Positions 50,345-61,421 of a stretch of DNA of 64,000 nt are shown piece by piece. The DNA lies in assembly GCA_965214605.1 (NCBI GenBank), contig OZ243961.1, positions 2,912,001-2,976,000 on the forward strand. Reading direction: 5' to 3'. Under the pieces are notes generated by a model, which ran no database searches, had not been told where the DNA came from, and was given only the letters and a program-made list of their open reading frames with translations. Source of the stretch: an uncultured Candidatus Binatia bacterium. GTDB taxonomy: Bacteria > Desulfobacterota > Binatia > Bin18. Both the position numbers and the translations under genes were made by a program. Position 1 is the first letter of the stretch. The number at the start of each line of letters is the position of its first letter.

Positions 50345-51435
50345 GTGCTGAGAAGTTCTATATAGCGATCAATTGAGGTTTGGGCGGAGTAGACGTTGGC
50401 TCTGGCAATCAGTCGGCTTGGCACAATGGGATGGTCTAGGGTGTCAAGGAGCGCGTTTGCCAAGGCGGATGAATCGTTCACCGGTACGAGGTCTCCCCAT
50501 CTACCGTCCTCCAGTATCTCCCTGGGGCTGCCGGGACAGTCGGTGCTGACCACCGGCGTTCCACAGGCCATTGCTTCAACAAGCACGTTAGCAAATCCCT
50601 CATATATGGATGACAGCACGAATACGTTTGCCCGCGCCATATAGGCAAAAGGGTTAGGCTGAAATCCAGGGAAGTCAACGGTGTGCATGATTGCCAGGCT
50701 TCGAGCGAGAGCCGTCAGGCTGTGCCGCTCGGGGCCTTCGCCAAGCACGACCAGACGGGCGGGGCGAGATTGTACTAGTTCGGCAAAGGCCCTGAGCAGG
50801 ATTGCGTACCCTTTGATCGCTACTAGGCGTCCAACCGATAGGATCACTGGCACGCCCTGGACGCCAAACCACGGGTGGGCAACCGGTATTTCCGCCCTTG
50901 TGGCGTGGTCGGGCCAAACTACGGGATTATGGATGATCTGTACGAGAGGGGCAATGCGGGGTACGCTCCACTTGAGGTCGCTGGCCATCTCACACGAGAT
51001 GGCCACCACCGCATTGGCAGAGGGCAAGAGATATTTTTCCAGCCTCAGGGTCGTCCGATCCTTGAAACCGGCATGTGCATACTCCGGCGTAAAGGTATTT
51101 GCCCGCCGGACCACCACTGGAAGTTGCCCGGCGCAGAGCCTCTTGGCAAGAAGTGCAATGACATTGGCATGGGGTAGGGTGGAAACAAGTATGCTGGGAT
51201 GCTCGTGCCGCAGATAGCGCAGGAGTGGCAGAAGGGCCGCCATGGTGCGCCGAGCCTTCAGGTCTATCAGACGTACCCTGGTGGGTAGCATATTGAGATA
51301 GGGACCGTGAGCCTTGACAAGCACCATATCCACGGGAAAGCCGCGCTGGGTAAGCCCTCTGGCAAGGCCTAACATGGCCCGTTCTGCGCCGCCGCCTTCG
51401 AGAGACGGCAGAAATAGTGCTATCCGTTGTTTCAT
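50338..51435 (-). CDS. Glycosyltransferase family 4
   Basis: LPSLEGGGAER, VGRLVAIKG, FVLSSIYEGFANVLVEAMACGTPVVSTDCP. Confidence 0.93.
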   Translation of the reverse strand: MKQRIALFLPSLEGGGAERAMLGLARGLTQRGFPVDMVLVKAHGPYLNMLPTRVRLIDLKARRTMAALLPLLRYLRHEHPSILVSTLPHANVIALLAKRLCAGQLPVVVRRANTFTPEYAHAGFKDRTTLRLEKYLLPSANAVVAISCEMASDLKWSVPRIAPLVQIIHNPVVWPDHATRAEIPVAHPWFGVQGVPVILSVGRLVAIKGYAILLRAFAELVQSRPARLVVLGEGPERHSLTALARSLAIMHTVDFPGFQPNPFAYMARANVFVLSSIYEGFANVLVEAMACGTPVVSTDCPGSPREILEDGRWGDLVPVNDSSALANALLDTLDHPIVPSRLIARANVYSAQTSIDRYIELLSTC

Positions 51436-52555
51436 GGCACTGCCCGCCGAAGTAATGCCATGAGTGTTTCCACGTAGCGTTTGGGCCTGTGCTCGGAGAC
51501 GACGAGTTGGTAGCTACGGCGTCCCATCATCACCAGCCTCTTGCGGTCGCTTACCAGCCTGAGCATGCAAGTCTCTAGGTCGTCAAGGTCGTCAGTGCGG
51601 AACACGAAGCCGTTCTCTCCCGGCCGAATGTAGATTGGGTACCGTTCGAGTCACTGCACACCACAGGGAGGGAGGGTGCCATCGCTTCGAGAGGCGAGAC
51701 GGCTGCCCACTCATCACGGCTGGCGAGGACGAATACATCATGGCCAGCATAGCGCTGTTGGACCTCAAGGAACGAGAAATTATACTGGAACGTAAGCCTG
51801 TTTTCCAGGCCTAGGCGGGCACAGTGCCGCTTGACGGCCTCCAGTTCGCGCTGATGCGCTTGGGTTGAGCATTCGTCAACGATTGTGGCTCGGACCGGAT
51901 AGCGGTGTGAAAGCCAGCGGAGGGTTTCCAGGAACAGGAGGTGGTTCTTGCGCGGCTCGTATTTGCCTATTGCCAGCATATTCACCCCTCCGCCGGCAAA
52001 CCACTGCTTGTCCTCCGGAGCGGTCTGCGACGGTATGACGAACGGTATATAGTGTAAGGGGCTGGCCGCAAGCCCAGGCTGGTCAGACGAGTCGAATACC
52101 GGCGTCAGCCATTCCGCCCCAGTGATGCGATGGACGCATGAGAGGAGGGCGCACTTCCACCATTGTAGCTGGCGCTGTTTCGATACCTGGATATAGAGAA
52201 CGAGCCGCGCGCTAATGAGCTTCGTAGTCAGCACAGACTGCAGGCCGTAGGCAGAGAAGGGGTCGCGGACGACGACCGCCGATGGGTGCAGGGTTCGCAT
52301 GGTACGCCAGAATTTGAGGGGCGGTGGTAACCTGCAGAAGTCGCCAAGGTTCACGCCGGGGCATTTTTCCGCCAGCCGTCGGAGCGTCTCAACAGTTAAC
52401 GAGCAACCCAGAACGATCGGGGTGAGGGCATCATAGGTCTCGCTCGACCCTTGGCGCAGCACGAGAAATGACACCCGATGCCCGGCGTTTTGAAGTACTT
52501 TCGCGATGAAGTGCTGGTTGGTGTGGTATCTGGGGGCGGTGTACACGAGACGCAT
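51432..52555 (-). pseudogene. Glycosyltransferase family 4, frameshifted near 3' end
   Basis: IGKYEPRKNH, DVFVLASRDE.AAVSPLEAMA; after a shift at about 51632 continues YIRPGENGFVF...LRRAVP* with ATGA overlap to the next gene. Confidence 0.8.
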
Positions 52556-53149
52556 GCTGAAACTTTGGTGCCTTTCCTGCTTTCAGCGCTACCAACTCTG
52601 GGTTTATACAATCTTAGGGCTGTTCTGGACGAATTTTCCCGATCATAGTCGCTTAGTTTGTGACTATCCCCACACGATAGGCTCCGGCGACTGTATCCGT
52701 CGAAACCATCTTCTCGGATAGCTACGACTAGGACTGCACCCTACATCACCGATTTTATCATGAGGAGATTGATCAGGTCTAGGGCGGGATCTTCTTGGCT
52801 GTTGCGAACGTTTTGGTGTATCCCCGCAATCGCAATCGACACCCGTGTTTCTCATTAGCGCTTTGGATTCATCGTTACAGAGCGTCAGGTATTCTTTCGA
52901 CGACAGAGCATTGAGACGTTCATATCTGGTGCCATTTGCAGGAATCGTGTGGTGTGAATTCAGGCTGCTTAGTCCCTGGGCCAGCTCTTGAGGATCAACC
53001 AAAAGTCGTGCGTCAAGATGTTGTCGAAATGTGTGTAGGGTTCAGAGTCCTCGTTTGGATAGGCGAAATGAATCTGAATATCCTTATTTTTGTGCAAACG
53101 CCGGTCCCAGGTTATCAAGAAACCATTTCAACTCGTACTGAAGTCCTCC

Positions 53150-54000
53150 CGTTGTCGGGAGAACACTGCTGGTCACCTAGTCCTAGGTCCTTTTCCACCC
53201 CATAGCTCCACGCCTGAGCAATCAGTCCTGCCCGGTACGACTCTGAAAACCGTCCCATGATGACCAGGCGTGTCTGGAATTGGCGACGCACCAGCCCGAG
53301 TGCCTCAATAAGGGTGGAGGAGTACTTCCGCCCCCCGTTCGGAATAATAGATGATTCGTCAGCCCCAAACCAGGGGGGACCACCACCTGTGCCAGCCGCA
53401 TAGGTCGGCGGAAGATATGGGAACGTAGATAGTGTGAACCCTCTCGGGCCTGATGGCCAAGAGTTGCGACACTTCACGACCGACGCCTTTTGGGATTCGT
53501 CTGCCCTCGGATAGAGCGCTCTTGCCACGGACAATCAGTTTCTAGCGTAGCTCAAGCCAACGTTGTTGTGAATGGAAACCGTAGGACGGGAGCGATCTGT
53601 CAACTCCGCTGCGTAGATAGCAGAGGCATTTGCGGACGGGAGCGCCAGACGGGGCCGCGCCAGGCGAATGGAGCGCGCAATGATAGAGGTGTAGAGCGCG
53701 TATCTGCGCCTGACGGGTGCGCCCAAACGCTTCCACCTGAGAGCCAGCCAGGCTCGGGCGGCGTCTTCACCTTGATGCTACGCTCTCGGCAGTGGCCAAG
53801 CAGCGCCGGGTCAGAGTTCCACAGCCTCGAATGGCAGAGCGGCATCTCGCTTGAAACGCTCCATCACCAGGTCTATCCGGTGGCCGCGTTCAATGGGCGA
53901 CTTTGCCAGGGTAAGGATAAGCTGCTGCGCCCCACCTACTTCCAGGCCTGGGAGCACGCCCCCGGTATGAAGCGTGTCAGAGGTAAGCGTGCCCACGCTT
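53150..54000 (-). pseudogene. Degraded glycosyltransferase family 4
   Basis: Fragments LPGLEVGGAQQLILTLAKS..ERGHRIDLV and RKYSSTLIEAL.LVRR...RLVIMG in different frames. Confidence 0.7.
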
Positions 54001-54002
54001 TA

Positions 54003-55358
54003 TCATATCCGGTAACTCTGTCGGAGTATCGCCATGCTAAACGGGATGAGAACCAGAGCAAGGACCCAGCTGTAGGTAGTTCTCGCCCAAGCCGCTCCCT
54101 CCGCGCCATACACAGGGACAAGCCACATGAAGAAGGGGATAGAGACCACGAGTCCTACCAGTATGGATAGCAGCGAGGGCCAGGCACGTCCCGCCGCTAG
54201 GGGCAGCGCGCCGAGCACGGCCATGCTGCTGGAGAAAACGGCCGCAGGAATGAGAATCAGCAACAGTGATGCAACGCCGGAAAAGCCCTCTCCTAGAAAG
54301 AGCCGGATGACAGGATCACGGAAGAGGGCCAACGCCCCGAATGCCGTGGCGGACACTGCGAACGCTAACAGGGTAAAGCGGAGCGAGGTGCGTCGCAAGG
54401 CCGCCCCCTGCCCCGCGTACCACTGCCGGCTGTACTCGGGCTGGACTCCATTGACGATCATCCGGACGGGACTTCCCACAGCGTCCGTAATCTGTCGGGC
54501 CGCGCGATATATCCCAACATCGGCTATGCTGGTGAGTTGCGCCACGAAGATGGAGTCTATAGAGCCGGCTACTGCCGCCAGAGTCATTCTGCCGAATGTG
54601 GCGGTCTGGAATTGTATCACGTCCGACCGGACTTTGATCGACGGCAAGCGTAGCAGGTTTGTCATGCCTGTCTGCCGTGTCGACACGACCATGGCGGCTA
54701 GCAGCCCGCCTCCGCGCACTCCAGCCCAGACAACCTGTGCCAGGATGACCTCGAACAGCCCGCCCTCCGTCAACCACACTGAGAGAAGCAGGGCAACCCG
54801 GGTCAGAGTGCTGACGACACTCACGGCCAACCCCAGCGATATCTGATCGGACAGCCGCAGCACCGCCAGAGCCTCAGTTTGTGTCGCCATCAGGATGCCC
54901 ACAACGCCGTACAGGAGCATGGCGTCTAGGTAGGCCTGCTCAATTCCTAGCAAACCGCTAGTTGTCAAGGCGAGGGCGGCAATGGCGGCGTAGGTGATGA
55001 CCGACAGCCCGAAGGACACGGCCAGCGTGAAACGCAATATGCGAGATGCCTCCTCGAGTCGTCCCTCAGCGATCTCCCGCGTGACAAAGGTCGTGACCGT
55101 GCTGCCTCCCGGTATAGACAACACTCCGTAGATAAGTGAGGTCACGGCGATAATAACGGCCAGGACTCCGAAGCCCTCCGGCCCGAGAATCCTGGTGGAA
55201 AGGGCTATCTGCACGAGTCCGCCTAAGAGCTCGACCGTAGTGATGGCGCTCAACCAGAGGGTCTGTCGCACGACGTGTCGGTCTGAAACGGAGAGATTCC
55301 GATGTATTGATCGGAAAAAGAGAGCGCGGGAAGAGGCTTGCAGCCCGACAGTATTCAT
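54003..55358 (-). CDS. Wzx-like oligosaccharide flippase
   Basis: RILGPEGFG, VGIYRAA, PVYGAEGAAWA; about 12 TMs; located in a GT cluster. Confidence 0.88.
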   Translation of the reverse strand: MNTVGLQASSRALFFRSIHRNLSVSDRHVVRQTLWLSAITTVELLGGLVQIALSTRILGPEGFGVLAVIIAVTSLIYGVLSIPGGSTVTTFVTREIAEGRLEEASRILRFTLAVSFGLSVITYAAIAALALTTSGLLGIEQAYLDAMLLYGVVGILMATQTEALAVLRLSDQISLGLAVSVVSTLTRVALLLSVWLTEGGLFEVILAQVVWAGVRGGGLLAAMVVSTRQTGMTNLLRLPSIKVRSDVIQFQTATFGRMTLAAVAGSIDSIFVAQLTSIADVGIYRAARQITDAVGSPVRMIVNGVQPEYSRQWYAGQGAALRRTSLRFTLLAFAVSATAFGALALFRDPVIRLFLGEGFSGVASLLLILIPAAVFSSSMAVLGALPLAAGRAWPSLLSILVGLVVSIPFFMWLVPVYGAEGAAWARTTYSWVLALVLIPFSMAILRQSYRI

Positions 55359-56102
55359 GAGGGATAGTTTCAAATGAGATGAGCATCCCCGCGCTCTCTG
55401 TCCTGGCATCCGGTTGGCGACGAACCAGATGTCAGTGGGACGGGCCGTAGGGTCAAGCGACTCATCGCCTCCTACAATGCGGGTGAAAAGCCGTGGGGCT
55501 GACAGAGCAGGGGCGGCACCTGCAACGTGAAAAACCCTGCCGATCAACCAGCCCTTGATGTAAGAACCTCACTCGGTCGAATGCGAACAGGAAGACCCCC
55601 ATCACTGTCCTCTCTCCGAATCGGCATTCTGTAGGATACAAATGGGAGGAACTGCAAGGCTTATCGGTGTCCCAGTCAATCGTCTTAGGGGACACCGTAT
55701 ATGCCCGAGACCAAAGGTATCCAGCCATACAGAACGCTTTCAGGCTTCGGCACGTGCACCCGCCGCCGGCGATTCTATGGTCTCTGCTCCAGCACCTTGA
55801 AGCCCCAATGCCCCTGCTCTCCAACTTATCCTGGTAGCGGAGCCAATAACGTCGACGTCCGGGGGAGACTGAAGGTCGACAACGATCAGCCTGTTTGCAT
55901 CCGCAAGCCTTATGAAATCCAGGGCGGCGACCCGCCGCCTCCAACGTGCAGCACCTTCCCGCGGCTTCCCACGTCCTGTTTGATATTGACGGACACTGAG
56001 CGCACCCCACGCTTGCCCCTCGCCATACCTCCGCAAGGATGAGCATCCGTTCACGAGTCTGACCGTGTCATCAAGACGCTGGTATGCGGCTCTCCTGCTG
56101 GC

Positions 56103-56882
56103 CTACAGGTCAATCGGCAGGGTCAAATACTCGTGATAGATGAAATCACGGTGGTCAAACAGAATCGGCCTGACGGCCGCTTCAAGTACGGGGTCGGTAT
56201 TGATGTACATGGACCGGAAGGCTTTTGGCATAGGGCACAGCTCGTCGGGCAGGGGTTTGATCAGGGCGGTGAAGGCCGCCGAGTAGATGTCCAACGCGCT
56301 CAACTGCTCGCCAATATAGAACCGACTGCCGGCGGCATGCTGTTGCTCAAGCTGGGTGCACAGAAACCGGATAATGTCTGCCGTCTTGCGCGGGGCGGCC
56401 TCCGCTCTTGTCGACCCATAGCCGTATTTGTCGCCGATATATTTGGCAAAGGTGCGGTCTTTAGGGCTGGCGTCCGGGTCGCTCAGGACCGGATGGACCA
56501 GCATCAGGCGCTTTGACCAGCCGAACCCGGTCTCCCCGCACAGCTCGTTGCAGTATCCGAACATGGTCGCCCGGTCCTCAATTGAGGACGGGATCAAGGC
56601 CGGCTCGGGGGCGAGCCGCTCGGCTAGGTACAGCAGCTCAACCCAGGTGCAGCGCGGAGGCTCGTCGTTCCATACGGCGACTGGCGCGGTGGCCTGAGCC
56701 GACCACTCAATCAACGCCTTATTCTCTCCGCCAATCTCCTGGGCCACCCGGACATAGGGGATCTTCTTGACATCAAAAATACCCTTGGCCGCCTCGCTCC
56801 ACGGCCCCGGCAACCCCGGAGTTAGCACCAGTCTTAGTCCAGACATGGTCCGCGCTTGCTCAACGCTGATATATTCCGCCAT
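56103..56882 (-). CDS. Glutathione S-transferase-like protein
   Basis: PGPWSEAAKGIF.VK.IPY, TAPVAV, FYIGEQLSALDIY. Confidence 0.8.
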   Translation of the reverse strand: MAEYISVEQARTMSGLRLVLTPGLPGPWSEAAKGIFDVKKIPYVRVAQEIGGENKALIEWSAQATAPVAVWNDEPPRCTWVELLYLAERLAPEPALIPSSIEDRATMFGYCNELCGETGFGWSKRLMLVHPVLSDPDASPKDRTFAKYIGDKYGYGSTRAEAAPRKTADIIRFLCTQLEQQHAAGSRFYIGEQLSALDIYSAAFTALIKPLPDELCPMPKAFRSMYINTDPVLEAAVRPILFDHRDFIYHEYLTLPIDL

Positions 56883-56984
56883 ATTCCTTCCCGGCCTTTG
56901 TTTATCTCGAAGTTTAGCGTAGTCTGGCATAGAAAGAGGGGCTTGGAAATACCCTCAGAGCCGCTCTACCGACGGACCCCCCCT

Positions 56985-58403
56985 ATGACCTTGCCTACCC
57001 GGAACGGCCTGCGCGAAATTCTCGGCCTGGCTCTGCCGATCATTGCCTCGATGGCCTCGTTCACCGTCATGGGCTTTGTCGATACCTGGATGGTCGCCCT
57101 AGTTGGCACCGCAGAAGTCGCCGCAGTCATGCCGGGCGGCGTCATCGCCTTTACCATTACCGCCCTGCCGCTAGGCATTGCACGCTGCGTGAGTATCTTT
57201 GCCGCCCAGGCAGTCGGACGGAATGATCCCCAGGCCGGGGCCGGCTATGCCTGGCAGGGGCTCTATTTTGGGGCCGGTGTGGGCGTCGTGTGTGGCGTGT
57301 TATGGCCGGTCGCGCCGAGCTTTTTTGCCCTGTTCGGTCATGAACCCGAGGTGCTAGTCCTTGAAGTCGCCTACTTCCGGGTACGGGTGTGGGGCATTGG
57401 CTTGTCAGTGATGATCGGAGCCTTGAGCGGCTTCTTCTATGGGATTCACCGCCCCAAGATCGCCCTGATCGGGGTGCTGAGCGCCAATCTGACCAATATC
57501 GTCCTGAACTATATGTTTATCTTCGGCAATTGGGGCGCCCCCCAGCTCGGTCTGACCGGGGCGGCCCTGGCGATGGTTCTGAGCTTCGTGGTCCAGCTTG
57601 GGGTGCTGCTGGGCGTGTTTCTGTCGTCGTCCTACCAAATCGAGTTCTCTGCCCGCCTGAGCTGGCGGCCTGACTGGATACTGACGCGCCAGCTGCTGCA
57701 CATCGGCTGGCCGGCTGGCATGCAGGGCGTGCTTGACATGTTGGGCTGGGGACTGCTGATCATCATGCTTGTCGGCCGTTTTGGCAAAGAGCATTTGGCC
57801 GCTAGCAATATTGCCATTCAATACATGATGATCTCGTTCATGCCGGCGATGGGTCTGTCCCAGGCGCTGTCGGCCCTGGTCGGGCGCTACATTGGTGAGG
57901 GGAGATTGGAGACCGCGGTTCAGCGGGTCTATGAAACGCTAGGCGTGTGTCTGCTGTACGTTAGCCTGGTCAGCCTCTTCTTTTTCTTCTGGCGCTTTTC
58001 CCTCATCGCCGTCTTCAGCTCAGAGCCGCTCGTCGTTCAGCTGGGGGCGAACATGCTGCTGTGTGCGGTGGCCTTCCAGCTGTTTGACGGCTTGGGCATG
58101 ACCTTTTTCGGCGCTCTACGGGGTGCCGGCGACACCCACTGGCCGGCCGGCTTTACAGTCGTCGCCCTAGTGTGTGTATTTGCCCCTCTCAGCCTAGGCT
58201 GTGTCGCCTATACCGGGCTGGAATCGCTCGGCCCGTGGCTGGCCGGGACGGTCAATGTGATCGTCCTCGGACTGGGGTTCTGGTGGCGTTTCCGACAGGG
58301 CAGTTGGCGGCGGATCAATATTTTTGCTCTGCCCAACGCCGGCCGACGCCAAGGGCCGGCCGAATCCGGGACAGCCACTGCTCTCTCCCCTGAACCCGAC
58401 TGA
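56985..58403 (+). CDS. MATE family efflux transporter
   Basis: LALPII...GFVDTWMV, LNYMFIFG.WG.P.LG..GAALA, GALRGAGDT. Confidence 0.93.
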   Translation: MTLPTRNGLREILGLALPIIASMASFTVMGFVDTWMVALVGTAEVAAVMPGGVIAFTITALPLGIARCVSIFAAQAVGRNDPQAGAGYAWQGLYFGAGVGVVCGVLWPVAPSFFALFGHEPEVLVLEVAYFRVRVWGIGLSVMIGALSGFFYGIHRPKIALIGVLSANLTNIVLNYMFIFGNWGAPQLGLTGAALAMVLSFVVQLGVLLGVFLSSSYQIEFSARLSWRPDWILTRQLLHIGWPAGMQGVLDMLGWGLLIIMLVGRFGKEHLAASNIAIQYMMISFMPAMGLSQALSALVGRYIGEGRLETAVQRVYETLGVCLLYVSLVSLFFFFWRFSLIAVFSSEPLVVQLGANMLLCAVAFQLFDGLGMTFFGALRGAGDTHWPAGFTVVALVCVFAPLSLGCVAYTGLESLGPWLAGTVNVIVLGLGFWWRFRQGSWRRINIFALPNAGRRQGPAESGTATALSPEPD

Positions 58404-59435
58404 CTAGGCTGCGGCCCTGTGCTCGGGCTCACGGATGCCCATCCTGCCCAGCTTGTCGATCGCCCGTTGGCTCAGCAGGCCCACCTTGCTCATATTGCTC
58501 CACAGAGCGGCGTGAAAGTCTTTCTTGAAATACTGGCGGAAAGCGACATATTCGCTCTTCTTCGCCGCTGCACGACGCAGCTTTTTGATGTCGTCAATCT
58601 CGGCCTTACTGAAACCGACCGCCTCGTACGCTTCCCGCGGGAACTGGCCCTGGAGCAGGCCGGCGGTCGCTACACAAGCAAAGTCTTCGGCCTCTTTCCG
58701 CTCTTGAGCCGACAGGTCCCCGATCTGCTCGGGCAGGCTCAGCATGCCAAAGCCCATGTGTCGGGATTCATCGGCCAGAATACGCTGGCAGATCTGGTTG
58801 ATCAGCGGGTCTGGGCTGTGGTCGGCCAGCATACGGAACAGAGACACGGCCAGGGTTTCGGCAACCAGCTGGGTGCCAACCGTTTTGAGGTACCACAGAG
58901 GACTTTCGAGTACCCGGTCAAACATATCGCTCAGGTTCGACGTGAGGGGGTAGGTGATGCCGACTTTCTGGTACAGATAGCGGGCGAGGACCTCGGAATG
59001 GCGGGCTTCGTCCATCACCTGGGTGGCCATGAAGAACTTGGCGTCAATACCCGGCACGGCGTTGGCGATCTGTCCACAGACCATCAGGGCAAACTGTTCA
59101 CCGTACATGAGCTGACTGATCCGCCAGGCCGAAAAATGGCGGTTCAGTTCCAGTCGTTCGGCCGCGCTCATACGGTTCCAGTACGGGGTGCCGTAAATAT
59201 CAATCAGGCCGTCGGGTAAAATCCCACAGTCTGGATCTAGGCCACTGTCCCAATCAATGTCGGTCGATGCGTTCCACTGATCACGTTTGGCTTTCTCGTA
59301 CAGGCTGCGCATTGCTGGCGCTTCGACATCAAGAAACTGGGTGACAACCGCCGGACCATTGGCGGGAACCTCGCGGGCGTGGGATGGTAATCGCTGCATA
59401 GCGGCTTTCCTTTGTGGTTTACCGAAGAGTTGCAA
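58404..59435 (-). CDS. Ferritin-like diiron protein (AurF/YHS-oxygenase-like); start uncertain
   Basis: LYEKAKRDQW, GEQFAL, DEARH, AETLA, DESRH diiron pattern. Confidence 0.85.
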   Translation of the reverse strand: MQLFGKPQRKAAMQRLPSHAREVPANGPAVVTQFLDVEAPAMRSLYEKAKRDQWNASTDIDWDSGLDPDCGILPDGLIDIYGTPYWNRMSAAERLELNRHFSAWRISQLMYGEQFALMVCGQIANAVPGIDAKFFMATQVMDEARHSEVLARYLYQKVGITYPLTSNLSDMFDRVLESPLWYLKTVGTQLVAETLAVSLFRMLADHSPDPLINQICQRILADESRHMGFGMLSLPEQIGDLSAQERKEAEDFACVATAGLLQGQFPREAYEAVGFSKAEIDDIKKLRRAAAKKSEYVAFRQYFKKDFHAALWSNMSKVGLLSQRAIDKLGRMGIREPEHRAAA

Positions 59436-59540
59436 TAATGAACGTCGTCGTCATTGTTATCTCCTGTCGGAATTGTGTCAAGAGGTTTGCCGGGCGGGTA
59501 CGGCTGACGACGGGGGTTTTCTCATATATGATGGGAGATC

Positions 59541-60131
59541 ATGGAACAGCCTACTCAGATCCCACAATCACCGCGGCGTGGTGTCGTCCTTGGCGGGTGT
59601 CTGGCGTTCGTGCTTGCCGCGGGCCTAGCCTGGACCTTCACCCCCTCCTACGCACTGTACCACATCCGGCGTGCCCTAGAGACCCACGACTATGAACGTT
59701 TTGCCCACTATGTGGATGTTGACCGTGTTGTCGGCGCCGCACTTGACGAACTTGGTCTCAGCTCCCCACTCGACGAAGCCAGCGACGAAGACTCGCTAGC
59801 CGATATATTTCGGCAGGGTCTCCAGGCCCTCGGTACCGAGGTGCGCGGCCTGGTCTCGGCTGGCGTTGGGTTTATGATTAAACAGGCTGTTCAGGACCAG
59901 AGCCGCCAGCTGCCGGCTATTCCAACGGTGGCAATTCTTGGCGCGATCTTTGCCGGTGAAGCCCAGGACAGCACCCGCCGTTTCTCCGTTCACCTGCAAA
60001 ACGGGCAACAGATTGGGGTACGGATGCAGAAGTCTGACCAGGGCGTATGGCGGGTAGTCGCCGTGACCAACATTAAGGGACTACTGGCTCAACTGAAAGA
60101 GCGCTGGCTTGATGGTCAGGCTGTAGAATAA
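59541..60131 (+). CDS. DUF2939-like membrane-anchored protein
   Basis: N-terminal TM then TPSYALY.I..AL..HD...F..YVD, C-terminal WRVVAV. Confidence 0.7.
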   Translation: MEQPTQIPQSPRRGVVLGGCLAFVLAAGLAWTFTPSYALYHIRRALETHDYERFAHYVDVDRVVGAALDELGLSSPLDEASDEDSLADIFRQGLQALGTEVRGLVSAGVGFMIKQAVQDQSRQLPAIPTVAILGAIFAGEAQDSTRRFSVHLQNGQQIGVRMQKSDQGVWRVVAVTNIKGLLAQLKERWLDGQAVE

Positions 60132-60571
60132 GACCTGCACCGGATGCCAGGAAAAGGAAGCCCGAGAGCACTGGAATGCCGCGGCGCGTTGCTCTTCGCT
60201 CGCTATCCACTTGGGAGGCCCTCTGGGTCTCGGAGAGGAGATTCCGCGCAGCGGGAGAGAAAAAGAGAGAAGCTGAGGTGTACCACGCTCTCAAAGAGTT
60301 TGCGCAGCGTGTGTTGCTCCAATGATGACCATGGCGGCAGCAAGCGACGTTTTTCTTCACGCGAACACTGATGAGGACACGCTGAAGAGTGGCCGAAATA
60401 GGCGCTACCATCGAAGAAAAATATGACGTTTGTCCTGCTGCGCTCCCGTCTGCTCAGGTGAGGCGAGGCGTTCTTCTTCCGGTCATTGGCCCTGACGGGC
60501 CGCGCCTTGACGCTCAGAACGCCCCTTCCTATAAGTGCCGCTTGGGAAGCCGCATGAACGAGGAGAGTTCT

Positions 60572-61405
60572 ATGAGCACACACAAAACGTCCCCCGACAC
60601 CTTTGCCCCCTATGTCTTTCAGACCCGTAACACCCGCGAGGGTGAGAACAAAGCGCATAGTCGCGAGGCCGCCCAAGTCATGGGCTTTCGGGGGGCCATC
60701 GTTGGTGGGGCGATCGTGTACGGTCAGATGATCCGGCCTGTGGTGGAGCGCTATGGAGTGCGCTGGTTGGGACGCCACTGGTGTAGCCTGCGCTTTAAAG
60801 CCCCGGCCTATGACGACGACTATGTCACGTCTCATATCAGGCGGGAAACGAGCGACGCCGGTGATCCGGCCTTTTGTATTCAGGCCACGAACGAAGACGG
60901 TCAAGAGCTGATTGAGATGCGAACCCACATTCCCGCCACACTGCCTGAGGTTGATGCCTTGGCTGCCCTTGAGCCCCAAGACTGGCAGGGCGAGCGGCAG
61001 CTAGGAACCTGGCAGCGTATGCAGCTGAACACGCCATTTCGACCGTTCCGCTTTCGGTTGACCCCCGCTCAGCAACACACCTATTGTGAGCTGACCCACG
61101 ACCGGTTGGCGCTGTATGTAGTAAGGAGAGACGCGCCGCTCCACCCAGGGCTGCTCATGGCCCAGGGCAGTCTGGCGGTCCAGCATCAGTTTGTGATGCC
61201 GTTTTGGATTCATACCGGTAGCACGATTCTGACCCGGCAGCTGATCCGGGTTGGGGATGAGGTCGAGCTGCGGTGTACGCCGATTGAAAAGTGGAAACGG
61301 GGGGAGAACGAGTGGGTGACATTTTATCAGGCCTACTATCTCAACGACCAGCCGGCGATTGAGGTCTGGAAGACGTCGATTATCAAGGTCGCCAATCGAA
61401 GCTAA
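60572..61405 (+). CDS. Double hot-dog fold (MaoC-like) protein
   Basis: NKAHSREAAQVMGFRGAIVGG..VYG, LRFKAPAYDDD, LHPG, WIHTGS. Confidence 0.75.
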   Translation: MSTHKTSPDTFAPYVFQTRNTREGENKAHSREAAQVMGFRGAIVGGAIVYGQMIRPVVERYGVRWLGRHWCSLRFKAPAYDDDYVTSHIRRETSDAGDPAFCIQATNEDGQELIEMRTHIPATLPEVDALAALEPQDWQGERQLGTWQRMQLNTPFRPFRFRLTPAQQHTYCELTHDRLALYVVRRDAPLHPGLLMAQGSLAVQHQFVMPFWIHTGSTILTRQLIRVGDEVELRCTPIEKWKRGENEWVTFYQAYYLNDQPAIEVWKTSIIKVANRS

Positions 61406-61421
61406 TTGATTATGAGGAGGG

